Of a DNA stretch of 64,000 nucleotides, positions 38,421-51,914 are shown piece after piece; position 1 is the stretch's first letter; every line of letters starts with the position of its first letter. This stretch comes from Haliotis rufescens (lineage: Eukaryota). The notes under the pieces were generated by a model. That model saw only the letters and a list, made by a program, of their open reading frames with translations, had not been told where the DNA came from and made no database searches. The stretch is from the NCBI RefSeq assembly GCF_023055435.1, contig NW_025964268.1, positions 2,418,001 through 2,482,000 on the forward strand, read 5' to 3'. The position numbers and the translations under genes were made by a program.

Positions 38421-38682
38421 CTGGAATTGAAAGAAACATTCGAGGTTGAGTTTAATGAATGGGTGAGATTGGGTGGGTGAGTTGACGGGTGAGATGGGTG
38501 AGACGTATTACGGAGGAGGACACTAGAAAAAGGTTTAACATTGTTTCCGGGTCATCACTGGGACGAGCCAACTTTAAAACCACTAGGCTACACACCACCT
38601 AGCCTGTCATACATACACTGAAACAAATATATCCAATACAGCCCATGCAAGTCTATAATATTTGGCAAGTCTAAATTACGGC

Positions 38683-38940
38683 AGTTTGTTTGTGTTCCTG
38701 TTTAACGTCCCACTTAGCAATATTCCAGCTTTTAGACGGCGGTCTGAAAATAATTGAGTCTGGACCAGACAATCCAGTGATTGATATCGTGAGCTTCGAT
38801 CTACGCAGTTGGGATATTATGACATGTGTCAACCAAGTCAAAGAGCCTGACCACCCGATCCCGTTAGTTACTTCCTACGGCAAGCATAGTCGCCACTTAC
38901 GACAGGCAAGAGTTGCTGATGACCTATTCTAACCCGGATC
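38683..38940 (-). mobile_element. SINE-like family B copy (hkb intron)
   Basis: Homologous to 16932-17193. Confidence 0.8.
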
Positions 38941-40451
38941 CATATCCAGTAATATTCCAGCTCGATTCATGTAATCAGGGCACGATGACACTCAGTCAGT
39001 CAAAACACCGAGTCGGACCACCCGCTCTTTTAACTCAAGTTACTGAATTCTATTATATTCGCTTAGGGTGGCCTAGTGGTACGTGAACTTGATGTCCTAC
39101 GTTCGAATTCGATATAATTTATGGATCGGTAGGTGTGTGATAAACTGCTGAGATGGGGTATTACATATGACTCAAGAAGTGAACTCGATGTACTTCAGAA
39201 GCAAGTCAGAAAAAGATACTGAGGTTGATTGCTCGTGTTAAGAAACCTATTAACTTGCAAACACAAGTGTAAGGGCGAACCCTCACTGCAAGCGGTTAGT
39301 GAAAGGATGTCACTCAACCGTGGCGAGAAGGACAGTGTCGCTCTATATGTGTACATATATAATTTAAATAGATTGAATTTTGATTCGGTGTCTTTTATCA
39401 AGTATAAACACATAATTTATTCACGATTTCAAAACACCGTCTTTTCTATTGAGTCCGATAAATTCTATGAATACATGCATAAAAGACACCGAAAAAATAC
39501 ACAACCCTGTCTAACCCCGTATCATATTTATGAAACATCCCGACCGAGGAGTGGTCTGCGTCTGTGTAATACATCTACTTTAGGGCAAGTTTAGCAGAGA
39601 GTGACTTTTAACTACAACCTACTCTAGACTCTAAAGCTACTTTGGAGAATTTATATTGCAAATTTATAGCATATATCAGTAAGGGGCTTGTATATCCCCT
39701 GGACAGAAAAAGATTTAGAGAGTTGTGACTACGCAGTCAACAGTGAGCGCAGCATGAACAGGGGCCAAAGATGATCTGAACTAACCACACCCTCAATAAG
39801 ACAACCTGATTCTAATATATTTACTATTTGTCACGTGCCGTTGATTTACAGAGAAGGGCGTGAACGGGTATGTTGTATAAACTCTTTATGTGAATACAGG
39901 TTTTAAGCTTAACGCGTGTTGTATTCACGATCATAGTGGGAGTGAATTTATCGTGTGTGTATGGTTAGGAAAATACGATGTCCACCATGACAACCTAATT
40001 TGTACCAGGTCATACAGATTATGACGTATGTCACGTGAGAGACTGGGTGAGGTTTCGCTTTACTCACGGCGCTAGTGCAACATAAGTGGGCGGTTCGTGA
40101 GAGACATGATATGTTGACGTACATCGCAAAACACTGGGGGCGTATTTGATTCGTCTGATCAAAATGTCATCCAGCTAATCGATACAGGCCAAACTGGAAT
40201 TGGTCAAATTGTAATGCTTGGAGGACATGGGTGATCTTGGCTGGCTATTCTTATGCTTTGACAATTTATATTTACATAATGTCTGTTATATCAAAACAAT
40301 TATTATGAAGTGAATGGATAAGGGAGTGACTTTGATTTTACGCATTTGGGGGCAATATTCCAACAATATCCACATTTCACATAACATACAATAGACATAA
40401 GCAAATGAATGAATGAATGAATGAATGAACCAATATATTCTCTTCCTTTAT

Positions 40452-40626
40452 CCAGTGGTTGACATCAAGAGCATTGATCTACGCACTTCGGATACGATGA
40501 CATGCATCAACCAAGTCAGTGAGCCTGACCGCCCGATCCCGTTAGTCGCTCCTTACGACAAGCATAGTCGTCTATTACGGCAAGCATGGGTTGCTGAAGA
40601 CCTAGTCTACACCGGATCTTCACGGG
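40452..40626 (-). mobile_element. SINE-like family B copy (5' part)
   Basis: ccagtggttgacatc...gttagtcgctccttacgacaagcat...ggatcttcacggg. Confidence 0.8.
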
Positions 40627-40940
40627 TATTATTAAACTGTAATTTTATATGTTTTTTGTCGTTCAAAGTTATCTGCGTTTTGATCCTCTTGTTCTGCATT
40701 TGCATATATAGGTAAATGTAAATCCCGCGAAACCTTGTTAACTTGAAATCTCGTTGTCCATTGACAACACTTCGAGTTATCCGTATTTGGATACACGCGG
40801 AGGGACGATATCAAACCATAGTGTAGATATGGATTCTGCTGGGATCAACGGTTTCGTCTTAATAACGCGAGTATGCAAATTCTCTTTAGGTAGTAGGTTT
40901 ATTTACAGAATATGATACAAATATTGGCTGAGATAATTAC

Positions 40941-43900
40941 ATTGATGACGTTGGTTACAACGGAGAGATGTAAGTGATGTCAAACTGCATGTAACACAGT
41001 GTACTGATGACGTTGTTTATAATGGAGAGATGTAAGTGATGTCATACTGCATGTAACACAGTGTACTGATGACTTTGTTTATAATGGAGAGATGTAAGTG
41101 ATGTCATACTGCATGTAACACACTTTACTGATGACGTTGTTTACAATGGAGAGATGTAAGTGATGTCATACTGCATGTAACACAGTGTACTGATGACGTT
41201 GTTTATAATGGAGAGATGTAAGTGATGTCATACTGCATGTAACACAGTGTACTGATGACGTTGTTTATAATGGAGAGATGTAAGTGATGTCAAACTGCAT
41301 GTAACACACTTTACTGATGACGTTGTTTACAATGGAGAGATGTAAGTGATGTCATACTGCATGTAACACAGTGTACTGATGACGTTGTTTACAATGGAGA
41401 GTTGTAAGTGATGTCATACTGCATGTAACACAGTGTACTGATGACGTTGTTTACAATGGAGAGATGTAAGTGATGTCATACTGCATGTAACACACTTTAC
41501 TGATGACGTTGTTTACAATGGAGAGATGTAAGTGATGTCATACTGCATGTAACACAGTGTACTGATGACGTTGTTTATAATGGAGAGATGTAAGTGATGT
41601 CATACTGCATGTAACACAGTGTACTGATGACGTTGTTTATAATGGAGAGATGTAAGTGATGTCATACTGCATGTAACACAGTGTACTGATGACGTTGTTT
41701 ACAATGGAGAGATGTAAGTGATGTCATACTGCATGTAACACAGTGTACTGATGACGTTGTTTATAATGGAGAGATGTAAGTGATGTCATACTGCATGTAA
41801 CACAGTGTACTGATGACGTTGTTTATAATGGAGAGATGTAAGTGATGTCATACTGCATGTAACACAGTGTACTGATGACGTTGTTTATAATGGAGAGATG
41901 TAAGTGATGTCATACTGCATGTAACACAGTGTACTGATGACGTTGTTTATAATGGAGAGATGTAAGTGATGTCATACTGCATGTAACACAGTGTACTGAT
42001 GACGTTGTTTATAATGGAGAGATGTAAGTGATGTCATACTGCATGTAACACACTTTACTGATGACGTTGTTTACAATGGAGAGATGTAAGTGATGTCATA
42101 CTGCATGTAACACAGTGTACTGATGACGTTGTTTATAATGGAGAGATGTAAGTGATGTCATACTGCATGTAACACAGTGTACTGATGACGTTGTTTATAA
42201 TGGAGAGATGTAAGTGATGTCATACTGCATGTAACACACTTTACTGATGACGTTGTTTACAATGGAGAGATGTAAGTGATGTCATACTGCATGTAACACA
42301 GTGTACTGATGACGTTGTTTATAATGGAGAGATGTAAGTGATGTCATACTGCATGTAACACAGTGTACTGATGACGTTGTTTATAATGGAGAGATGTAAG
42401 TGATGTCATACTGCATGTAACACAGTGTACTGATGACGTTGTTTATAATGGAGAGATGTAAGTGATGTCATACTGCATGTAACACACTTTACTGATGACG
42501 TTGTTTATAATGGAGAGATGTAAGTGATGTCATACTGCATGTAACACAGTGTACTGATGACGTTGTTTACAATGGAGAGATGTAAGTGATGTCATACTGC
42601 ATGTAACACACTTTACTGATGACGTTGTTTACAATGGAGAGATGTAAGTGATGTCATACTGCATGTAACACAGTGTACTGATGACGTTGTTTATAATGGA
42701 GAGATGTAAGTGATGTCATACTGCATGTAACACAGTGTACTGATGACGTTGTTTATAATGGAGAGATGTAAGTGATGTCATACTGCATGTAACACACTTT
42801 ACTGATGACGTTGTTTATAATGGAGAGATGTAAGTGATGTCATACTGCATGTAACACAGTGTACTGATCACGTTGGTTACAATGGAGAGGTGTAAGTGAT
42901 GTCATACTGCATGTAACACAGTGTACTGATGACGTTGTTTACAATGGAGAGATGTAAGTGATGTCATACTGCATGTAACACACTTTACTGATGACGTTGT
43001 TTACAATGGAGAGATGTAAGTGATGTCATACTGCATGTAACACACTTTACTGATGACGTTGTTTATAATGGAGAGATGTAAGTGATGTCATACTGCATGT
43101 AACACACTTTACTGATGACGTTGTTTACAATGGAGAGATGTAAGTGATGTCATACTGCATGTAACACAGTGTACTGATGACGTTGTTTATAATGGAGAGA
43201 TGTAAGTGATGTCATACTGCATGTAACACACTTTACTGATGACGTTGTTTATAATGGAGAGATGTAAGTGATGTCATACTGCATGTAACACAGTGTACTG
43301 ATCACGTTGGTTACAATGGAGAGGTGTAAGTGATGTCATACTGCATGTAACACAGTGTACTGATGACGTTGTTTACAATGGAGAGATGTAAGTGATGTCA
43401 TACTGCATGTAACACACTTTACTGATGACGTTGTTTACAACGGAGAGATGTAAGTGATGTCATACTGCATGTAACACAGTGTACTGATGACGTTGTTTAT
43501 AATGGAGAGATGTAAGTGATGTCATACTGCATGTAACACACTTTACTGATGACGTTGTTTACAATGGAGAGATGTAAGTGATGTCATACTGCATGTAACA
43601 CACTTTACTGATGACGTTGTTTACAATGGAGAGATGTAAGTGATGTCATACTGCATGTAACACAGTGTACTGATGACGTTGTTTATAATGGAGAGATGTA
43701 AGTGATGTCATACTGCATGTAACACAGTGTACTGATGACGTTGTTTATAATGGAGAGATGTAAGTGATGTCATACTGCATGTAACACAGTGTACTGATGA
43801 CGTTGTTTATAATGGAGAGATGTAAGTGATGTCATACTGCATGTAACACAGTGTACTGATGACGTTGTTTATAATGGAGAGATGTAAGTGATGTCATACT

Positions 43901-44042
43901 GCATGTAACACAGTGTACTGATGACGTTGTTTACAATGGAGAGATGTAAGTGAGGTCATACTGCATGTAACACAGTGTACTGATGACGTTGTTTACAATG
44001 GAGAGATGTAAGTGATGTCATTCTGCGTGTAACACAGTGTGC
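40941..44042. repeat. 62-bp minisatellite, ~50 copies (hkb intron)
   Basis: Unit actgatgacgttgtttataatggagagatgtaagtgatgtcatactgcatgtaacacagtgt; period 62. Confidence 0.97.
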
Positions 44043-47000
44043 CGAGATAACGAACTGTATTGAAATAGTCGGAAACAGAAGGAAATGTTACCTTTATGTA
44101 CCTGTATGATAAAGAAGCGTATATATCTGAATACAAGTTATATTGTGTGTGCTGGAAGTGGTGAGGCAGGGGAGAATTTTTGGTCTATTTCAATCCTTGC
44201 ATGCAGTGTTTACATGAGTACAGTGCGAACCGGAATAGCGAGAAAAAACGGCCAACTTGACGATATGGTGCACTCGGCATCATTTGGATCCCTTTTTACC
44301 ATATATGGTTGGAGATCTCATAATCGGAGATCTCATAATGTCTGTGGTATATGATAACGGGTAAAACGTTACTTCTTCCTGTGATAAAACTATTCTCCTT
44401 ACATTTAGGTATGGTTTTGGTTATAATAAATCATTAACATGTAAAGAAATAGACGTCTATCTCAAAGTCCTTATCTGGGGAGCGACGCCAACACCATCTC
44501 ACAAACTGAGGCCATAAAGAAAATACTGGTCATAGCAGATGGCTATTATGGACCCCACGCATACAATACACTGTTGTAGAACTGTTAACATTAAGGAGCT
44601 TTGTTAATACGATCGTTATATACTATATATGGCGCATGAAAACAGCCATTTATGAATATTACACATAATAGAAAAATAAATATAACAATATATTCTTTCC
44701 TAAACACTATATATGTTTCTAGTCAAAGGTCCGGGGACGATATCGTTTTATTTACATCTTGACATATAGAATATATTCAAGTTTGTTTAGCACTGTAGCA
44801 ATAAAAGGGTATTTTACCGTGGGAAGAATTTCTTGCCGAGGACGTGTTATGAAGGGGATAGTTCTTTTGTAACAGTTTATGGGAATAAAGTTATGATAAA
44901 TACATTAAGGAACTTAGATAATGTAACGTGTTATTCCTATCTGAAGTAAAACCCGACATGCCTGTGACGGCGTCATCGCGTGCACGTGCACAAACCTTTA
45001 TTCAAGGTATCTACTCAATACAAGCATTATGATTTTTGTTTCATGTAAGATTTAATTTGTTGAGAAGTTGTTAGCTGTTGCAGATTATATCTACACATTT
45101 TCAAAATCATGTCATGTACTCTCTGTAAAATGTCTTCATATACATGGTGCGTGAACGTAACTCTTGTAGTATGTATATTCAGAGGGATCAGCTCAGTAGT
45201 TTTCTGCGGCGTAAAGGATAAAGGATATGCTTTTGGTGAGTGACGAGTATTGACACAAACATACATGGCTACAGCAGTACAGACCTTAAACGAATCTAAT
45301 TAGTCTACATTTTGTTCACCCCCATACGTTTTCTATTTACATCTGAAATATCTTGTTGCTAAACTGCTGAGCTAAAGAAAGAATACGCCCATGTTTGTTG
45401 GTGGCTAAAATGAAACAAACAAGAAATGATTATTCGATAGTGATGTATTTCATTCGAGTATATTGATATACATGTATGTACTTCTAAAAATCATAATAAG
45501 AAAAACTCGCTTTTTCTTTAAAGATGAACTCTCTTTTTCATAGAAGATTTAAAGTGTTTAATGGACAAGACCCAAAGATGAACCCCACTGCCCTTTCTTT
45601 TTAAAAATGTTTAAAATAATTTTTTTTATGCCTTGCGATGTTTTTATTCTTTACACAAACTGTGGTGAAGTGCTGATATAAAGTTTGAAAGGGAAACAAA
45701 TTGCTACTTCATTTTTAACCCCATAACGGACTGCAAGTGATTAGCGGTGTGCTCAGAAGAACGATCAGCAGTCTTTGGATACGTACAGTCAATGTAATTT
45801 TATTATGAACTTTCAATTATCTGACCCGAATTTTGTTTCTGTATGTACGAAATTCTATATCAAAATCCATCAACTATCATGATTTAAGGGAATTTTTGTG
45901 TCATATGTTCTGTATCATACATTTGAATGTTTTAAACGTATTAAAAAAACATTGTAAAATTTAGTTTTTTACCTATTATTATTTATTGAGAAAAGTAATA
46001 ACGTCGTGAGGAGTTTGTAAAGAAGGTGAAACTAATACTTGAAGTTGACATCTACTAATTATTAGATAATAGATACGGGTCCAAAAAACTGTAGCAGACT
46101 AAACTGACAACCGACTGGTCAGTCTGTCCATCTGGAGTGAGTCCTACATCACTCTGAGTAAGGTGGTAGGTCAAGGTTGTCAGCCTTCCCTTCCTCAGAT
46201 CAGTATGTATATATTTCATAAGCTAACCGACTGAGGCAGCAGATGAGCCATAGCCAGCAGTGTCCGACAGCGGACAGAACCTACAGCCTGATGCTCCTTA
46301 AATCTCTATGTACTTTCTAATACAGACGACTTAGTCCACTTAGTCCGGCTACAATATTACTGGATACAAGACCACGAGCCAGCGGTTTTGTCGAGCCCTG
46401 TATAGGGTGTATATTTTACATTTTCCAAAGACATCTGACACCAAACCATTTAATAAAAGTCTGTGAATAGACCTATGTCACTATCTGGCTACAACAACAT
46501 TTACATTGTTATCGTACAATAGGAGTTCTTAAATATTATAAAAATGCATGATTTATTTCGTTTTAAGCAACACAAAAGGATATTGACATGTATATACATA
46601 AAGGGTCCTGTCGACAAATTCATGCTTGGGCGCCCCTTCACAGCGAAATATATCAACCATAATTATAACATTATGTTTGTTTGAAGTTACCGCTATCAAT
46701 GTTACAGCTACGTTACCATTATGATCAAGATCAGCGTGCACATTTCATTCGACATCTTGTATTAGTGAATTTCTTTTATAGTTGTCGCCCACGTTTCTAA
46801 ACAAACGAAACAGCTCATATTTTACACTATAGTTTTATCATCACTGTTATCGATGCGTGAAGTTACACTCTTCATTATAACGAGGTTTCGTTAAACATTA
46901 TCTAGAACTCCCCTTCACTGGTAAATACATCAACCACAATTCTAACATAAAGTATATGTTTGCGGCATTAGTCACCACTACGTAAACTGCAAGAAGACTC

Positions 47001-47141
47001 CACCCCCCACATGATCTAGAACTGCGTTTTGCCCTTCGAAGCATTACCATATTAGTAAAAATGTCATGTACACTTTGTATAATTAGACCTCATTAATACA
47101 AACATTTAAGGCACAATCTATAGTTTCAAAACAACGGTATA

Positions 47142-47382
47142 CTAAACTGCCAGGCAAAAGAAAATAAACACCCATATTTGATAATGGCTAATACTGATAC
47201 TAACAAGAAATTGTTATTCGATGGTGATGTATTTGATATGGTGTTTGATATCGTAGTTGTGTTTTGATCTTAAGTTTGCAGTGTTTCGGCGACAGTTTCA
47301 ACGAAGTAACGTTTGATAACGTTGTATTTTTAGTAAAATCTAATTTTCAGTGTGTATTCCTTTTTTTGCCCCGGCAGTTCAG
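47142..47382. mobile_element. TA-flanked MITE (Tc1/mariner-type) near the hkb exon 1 donor
   Basis: TA|ctaaactgccaggcaaaa ... ttttgccccggcagttcag|TA; related copies at 29778, 32242, 32717 and ~45390. Confidence 0.7.
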
Positions 47383-47476
47383 TACTTAATCTGCACTAAA
47401 TATGCAAATGCTGTAACGCCCCGGAGTAATAGTGTCCATATTGTCGAGGTTTCGTTGTAGCTAGTTCCATTCCTAC

Positions 47477-48035
47477 CTGTGTGTATCCGAATGTGCCCAA
47501 GTAGTTGGCCTCTGTTACTGCAACTAATTACACAATACGGGCACTTGAATATCTTCACCTTGGATTTGAACCGACCCCCGCACTTGAGACCATCTGGGGA
47601 CATTCCCCGGGGGCTATCCTCTAGGGAGGGGGAACTATCCTCACCCCTGCTGTCATACAAAGCCGACACAAAATGGCGTGGACTGCCGGACATACTGAGG
47701 TCTTGGGGTCTCTCTGACCTCCAAGGCCACGTTGGCCCCCTGGACACATGATGCGGTTCTCGTTCCGATACAGCAGCCTCCCCGAATCTCGGCGACGTTT
47801 TCACATAGTCTCGTTCATGAATAGGGTCCCGCACTCTATGGTCAAGTATAGAACTGAACACGGAACAACACGACGGCCTATTCGGTTTCTCCCAACACTG
47901 CACTGAGAGTGTCAAATCTGTGGGTTCGAATCTGGGTGGCTTCGGATCAAAATCGTTAACTCTGCTAGAGTCTCTTATCAAAACCCTCGGAGAAAATATT
48001 TTCGGAAATCGAACAGCTGGTACCACCTCCATCAT
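47477..48035 (-). CDS. hkb: Huckebein-like C2H2 zinc-finger transcription factor, exon 1 (N-terminal region plus finger 1)
   Basis: MMEVV...FKCPYCVISCSNRGQLLGHIRIHT-G|gtagg. The phase-1 join to 38420 rebuilds the TGERPF linker; total 759 nt (252 aa). SNxGQLxGHIRIH matches Huckebein finger 1 from memory. Confidence 0.85.
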
Positions 48036-48324
48036 ATCTTGGACTAAAATTGATGAGACAAGTGAGTCATTTCTTCATTTCGTGCAAATGCCTTCCAAAT
48101 GTAATCACGTGGTAGGGCGGATATGTACCGATTTCTTTACATATGTTTTCAAACCCCATCTTCACCAACATAACGTTAGAAATATCGGACAATGGCCACG
48201 GCGACCCTCCACTTCCCATAAGACCGCATGTTTGCAGAAGAGGGTTCGGCGTGTTCCTCTTCAAATAACCGTCCTTTGAGACCGTTCATATCAAGTCCTT
48301 TACCAGCGCAATTGCAGCTCTCAT

Positions 48325-48485
48325 TCAAACCTTAAATAGTATGCAATGAATTAACCAGAATCGCGCCCACTATTATCCCTATTTGACGACCCCAACCGAC
48401 AGTCGTATTTCCGTCCCTATTTTTGTTTATCTCCGTGTGAATACATGTGTCCATCACGATGGCACCTACACTCTGATTGGACAAA
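48325..48485 (-). promoter_or_regulatory. Putative hkb promoter (TATTTAA ~48332-48338, CCAAT ~48476-48480 on minus strand)
   Basis: Motif positions 300-450 bp upstream of the ATG; no TSS evidence. Confidence 0.3.
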
Positions 48486-49094
48486 CGAGCGAGGTAAATA
48501 TATATCAATGTATACCGCTCAATGCGCGCTCATAAATCTTATACCTTCACGGATGAGAGGCTTGGGAAAAGGGCGTTTCGCTCAGTTAGATAAAAAAAAC
48601 AACTGTTGTACTCACTCTTACTAAACGTTAGACCCGTCAAAAATATCCGGGTATTCAGTCTCGTGGTGGGGTACGTGTAGAGGAGACGCTCTTGTTGTCA
48701 TTGTACACTATAGTACATGATAATATTGAGTTACTTTTTACAAAACCGAGTCATTCGAGCTGCCACGTATTTGCATACACTTGGGTGTATGCTTATTCAA
48801 CGGGCTTGCAGCAATGTCGCATTGTCTATATTCACGTTGAGATTGACACAGGATTATGTTTTTTGGAAAGCTCAGACGTATACATGACGTAGCATCGATA
48901 TGATGCAACACTAATGCACAAAGACATATTACGATGTTGCACTCGGGCTTCCTCTCAAGGGGAACATATACCTATTACAGGGATATTCCTCCTACCCCAT
49001 GAAACTTGATCATCGTGTGAAATAACCTCCCACGATATGGCTTCAATGCGACGTAGATGTATATTCATGTTGGGGGCAATGTTGGCCCTGCCGA

Positions 49095-49509
49095 CTTAGG
49101 CGCTGCCGTTCGCTGTGAAAAGTAGCAGCCCTCAAGTGTGCCAGAAAGTTGTGATCGAAGGTTCGAATCCCTTTTGCGCCCTGATTTTGTTTCTAGGTTT
49201 TTCAGTACCACATCTGTGCTCATAGGTTTCACCAAAGTGTTAAACGTCCAAGAATTCTTTCCTCCCACATAAAACTGACATGCTGTGATTTTAGTATTTG
49301 TTGTAATATGAGGACGGTCTGTATATAATCGATTCTGGACCAGACAATCCAGTGATTGACATCCTGAGCATCGATCTACGCAACTGGGATACGATGACAT
49401 GCATCAACCAAGTCAGCGAGCCTGACCACCCGATCCCGTTAGTCGCCTCTTACGACAGAGTGTCGCCTCTTACAATAAGGATGGGTTGCTTAAGACCAAT
49501 TCTAACCCG
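49095..49509. mobile_element. SINE family C fragment (+) abutting a family B copy (-, 49313-49509)
   Basis: Homology to other copies in the window. Confidence 0.7.
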
Positions 49510-49619
49510 AAGGGAAATCCTGTTCAAAGCGGCGTTAAATCACTCAATTGTCGTGTTACTCAGTCTTTTGTCACAGCACGGAAAGTAAATCGGTGGTTTT
49601 AGAAACTGAATCTACGATA

Positions 49620-49808
49620 ACAGTGAAACCTCGTTAATCCGGATCCGTTCATCCGGCAACTCCATCTTCCACACTATTACTGCTTAGAACACTTAAAATG
49701 AAACAAAGTGGCAATACTCCGTACCCAGGATTTCTTAATCAGGATTCTTTTTTAATCCGGACAAATTCAGTGGGAACACTGCCGCCCGGGATATCGGGGT
49801 TTCATTGG
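49620..49808. mobile_element. pogo/Tigger-like MITE
   Basis: acagtgaaacctcg...cggggtttcattg terminal inverted repeats; related ends at ~18170 and ~51204. Confidence 0.55.
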
Positions 49809-51001
49809 ATAGTTATGTAAATTATGGTAAATTCCGTATCTCTGTAAATGCACATTGTAAATTGATATCTCTTCTTTTCGCAATGCTACGATATCAATAT
49901 GCTGCTATTGTTATACTTAACCACTTATGAATGAAAAGTCATTTACAAATATTTGTTGTTGAAGAATATAGGATTACTTTTTTTCTATTTCTGTGACATA
50001 TTGTTGGCTAAAAATGTGGTTGGCTCAGCCCAGACCGACAAAAGGACAGTCTCGGCAAGCCTATTGGAAGGTGTATACGATCTGTATCTCCAGTTCATAG
50101 CACTGAAAGCGCACGACGCATTTAATTAAAAAAATTACACATATTGGTACCTTGTCAGTGTCAACATCATTATTCGCGTTGCTACAATGTGACACCCTGG
50201 TTACGTGCAATGGGAACGGTAGTGCTTTGAGGTCAAGTGTGTGAATCACATAGTTGTCATGGCAACACTAAAGGTGTAGATTTCATACAGCCCTGGCGGC
50301 TATACAATTATTACCAAAACGTGAATTTTCTTTGATTTTATTAAACGAGACACAGATTTACAGTTGTTCGAAATTGTGTTAAAAACAAAACACAAGGAAA
50401 AGTAGCGACATTTAAGTACATTAGCACGATTTAAGTCATTTGAAGCAGTGGCGGAAGCTCTCGAACTTAATTTGAAATAGGTATTGACACGTCTGGTTTG
50501 TTTGATCCATCACTAGTTGTTTATGCAGGTCAATAGATGAATATTGTATCCCAGACTATGGCTAAATCGTAGGCACCCGCAACCTTATGTTAAAATATGA
50601 ATGGAAAAACAAATGATATAGCTCCGTCTATTCCCTACATGATAAAGCATAGTTATTCTCTGATTTTAGATGGCTTAAATTTGATTGAACTTAAAAAGAA
50701 CCCTTTTCGATCTTATATATTTGTTCAAATATATTACAAATAGGCATCAGGATATAAAGTAAACTCCGGATGTGACGAAGTCTGATATACCGAATAGTTG
50801 TTATTACGAACTGGATACTTGTACCGTGGTGGTGGTAATGAACGTAATTGTTCATGTGAGTAACAAAATGCAGATGGGAGACAGACGTTGAGGGTCCCTT
50901 TGAGTTCGTCACATCCGGAGTTGAGTGCATATATATTAGAACACAGGAAGAGGGTCTTTTGTCAATGGAAGAGCTCCTTTATCTACACACGCAGTGTCCT
51001 C

Positions 51002-51140
51002 CTAGAGCATGTTAAATCCTTCCTTGTCCCAGGTGCCCATGTCAAATCGGCTGCGAGACATGATATTCATCCAGTTGGTCACAGGTTTGGGGGCTGCGAG
51101 GGTTCCTTGCATGGGAGATTTGCCGGCTGTTGACCGAGGT
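51002..51140 (-). CDS. AP24: Aragonite (nacre) protein AP24, exon 4
   Basis: tttcag| (G)PRSTAGKSPMQGTLAAPKPVTNWMNIMSRSRFDMGTWDKEGFNML*; phase-2 join to exon 3. Confidence 0.9.
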
Positions 51141-51611
51141 CTGAAATAATAACAGAAATGTATAGCGACATTCGCTGACATCCAAGCATCCACCCCACAT
51201 ATGCAGTGAAACCTCGTTAATGTGGACAATACCTTAGCGAAGAAGTGCACAAACAGATGTGTTCGGGGTTAGAATCCAGTAACGTGCATGTAATTCGTTA
51301 AATACATTGACGGTTCCGCTCCGTCAACTGAACCTCGATATACGGGGCACCGACTTGTTACATTACTTTTCGAAATCAGTGTGAGACTGAATGTTTTTAA
51401 ACAAAAGTTTCACGGCGACCACAGACAACAGCTGTTGATAGCAAGGTCAACGATCCACGCAGACCGGGTACGAAAAAACACAATGACAATCTATCCGAAT
51501 ACACGTTGTAACCGCCCAATCTTCAGTTTATTACTTTGTCCGACATGCATGAGATAATTGGGGTAAGCGATATGATGTGGGATCACTGTATAGAGATTTT
51601 ATATGTATGTA

Positions 51612-51615
<4 letters not shown>

Positions 51616-51674
<59 letters not shown>
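51616..51674. repeat. (GT)n microsatellite in AP24 intron 3
   Basis: Seen directly. Confidence 0.95.
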
Positions 51675-51676
<2 letters not shown>

Positions 51677-51914
51677 TTTTCTAACATACGCACACACTTT
51701 TATGTGATTTCATTTCAAAGCAAAGGATTTGTTATATCGCGACACAGCCTTTCGCAACAGTTATATGAGACCCGTTCTTCAAGTCGTTTGGACCGGTTTC
51801 TGCTAATTTTGTCAATCATTTGTACAAGCACTACGTTACCAACATGTAAATAAAAATGTGTGAAAATATGTACACGGTGATGGTCAATGCGCATGCGTAC
51901 GTCTAAGATAAACA

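Noticed and set aside
47379-47476. ORF tail RNGTSYNETSTIWTLLLRG... (also at 32148-32245)
   Set aside because: Read-through into the intron past the GTAGG donor; shared only because the duplication includes intron sequence.
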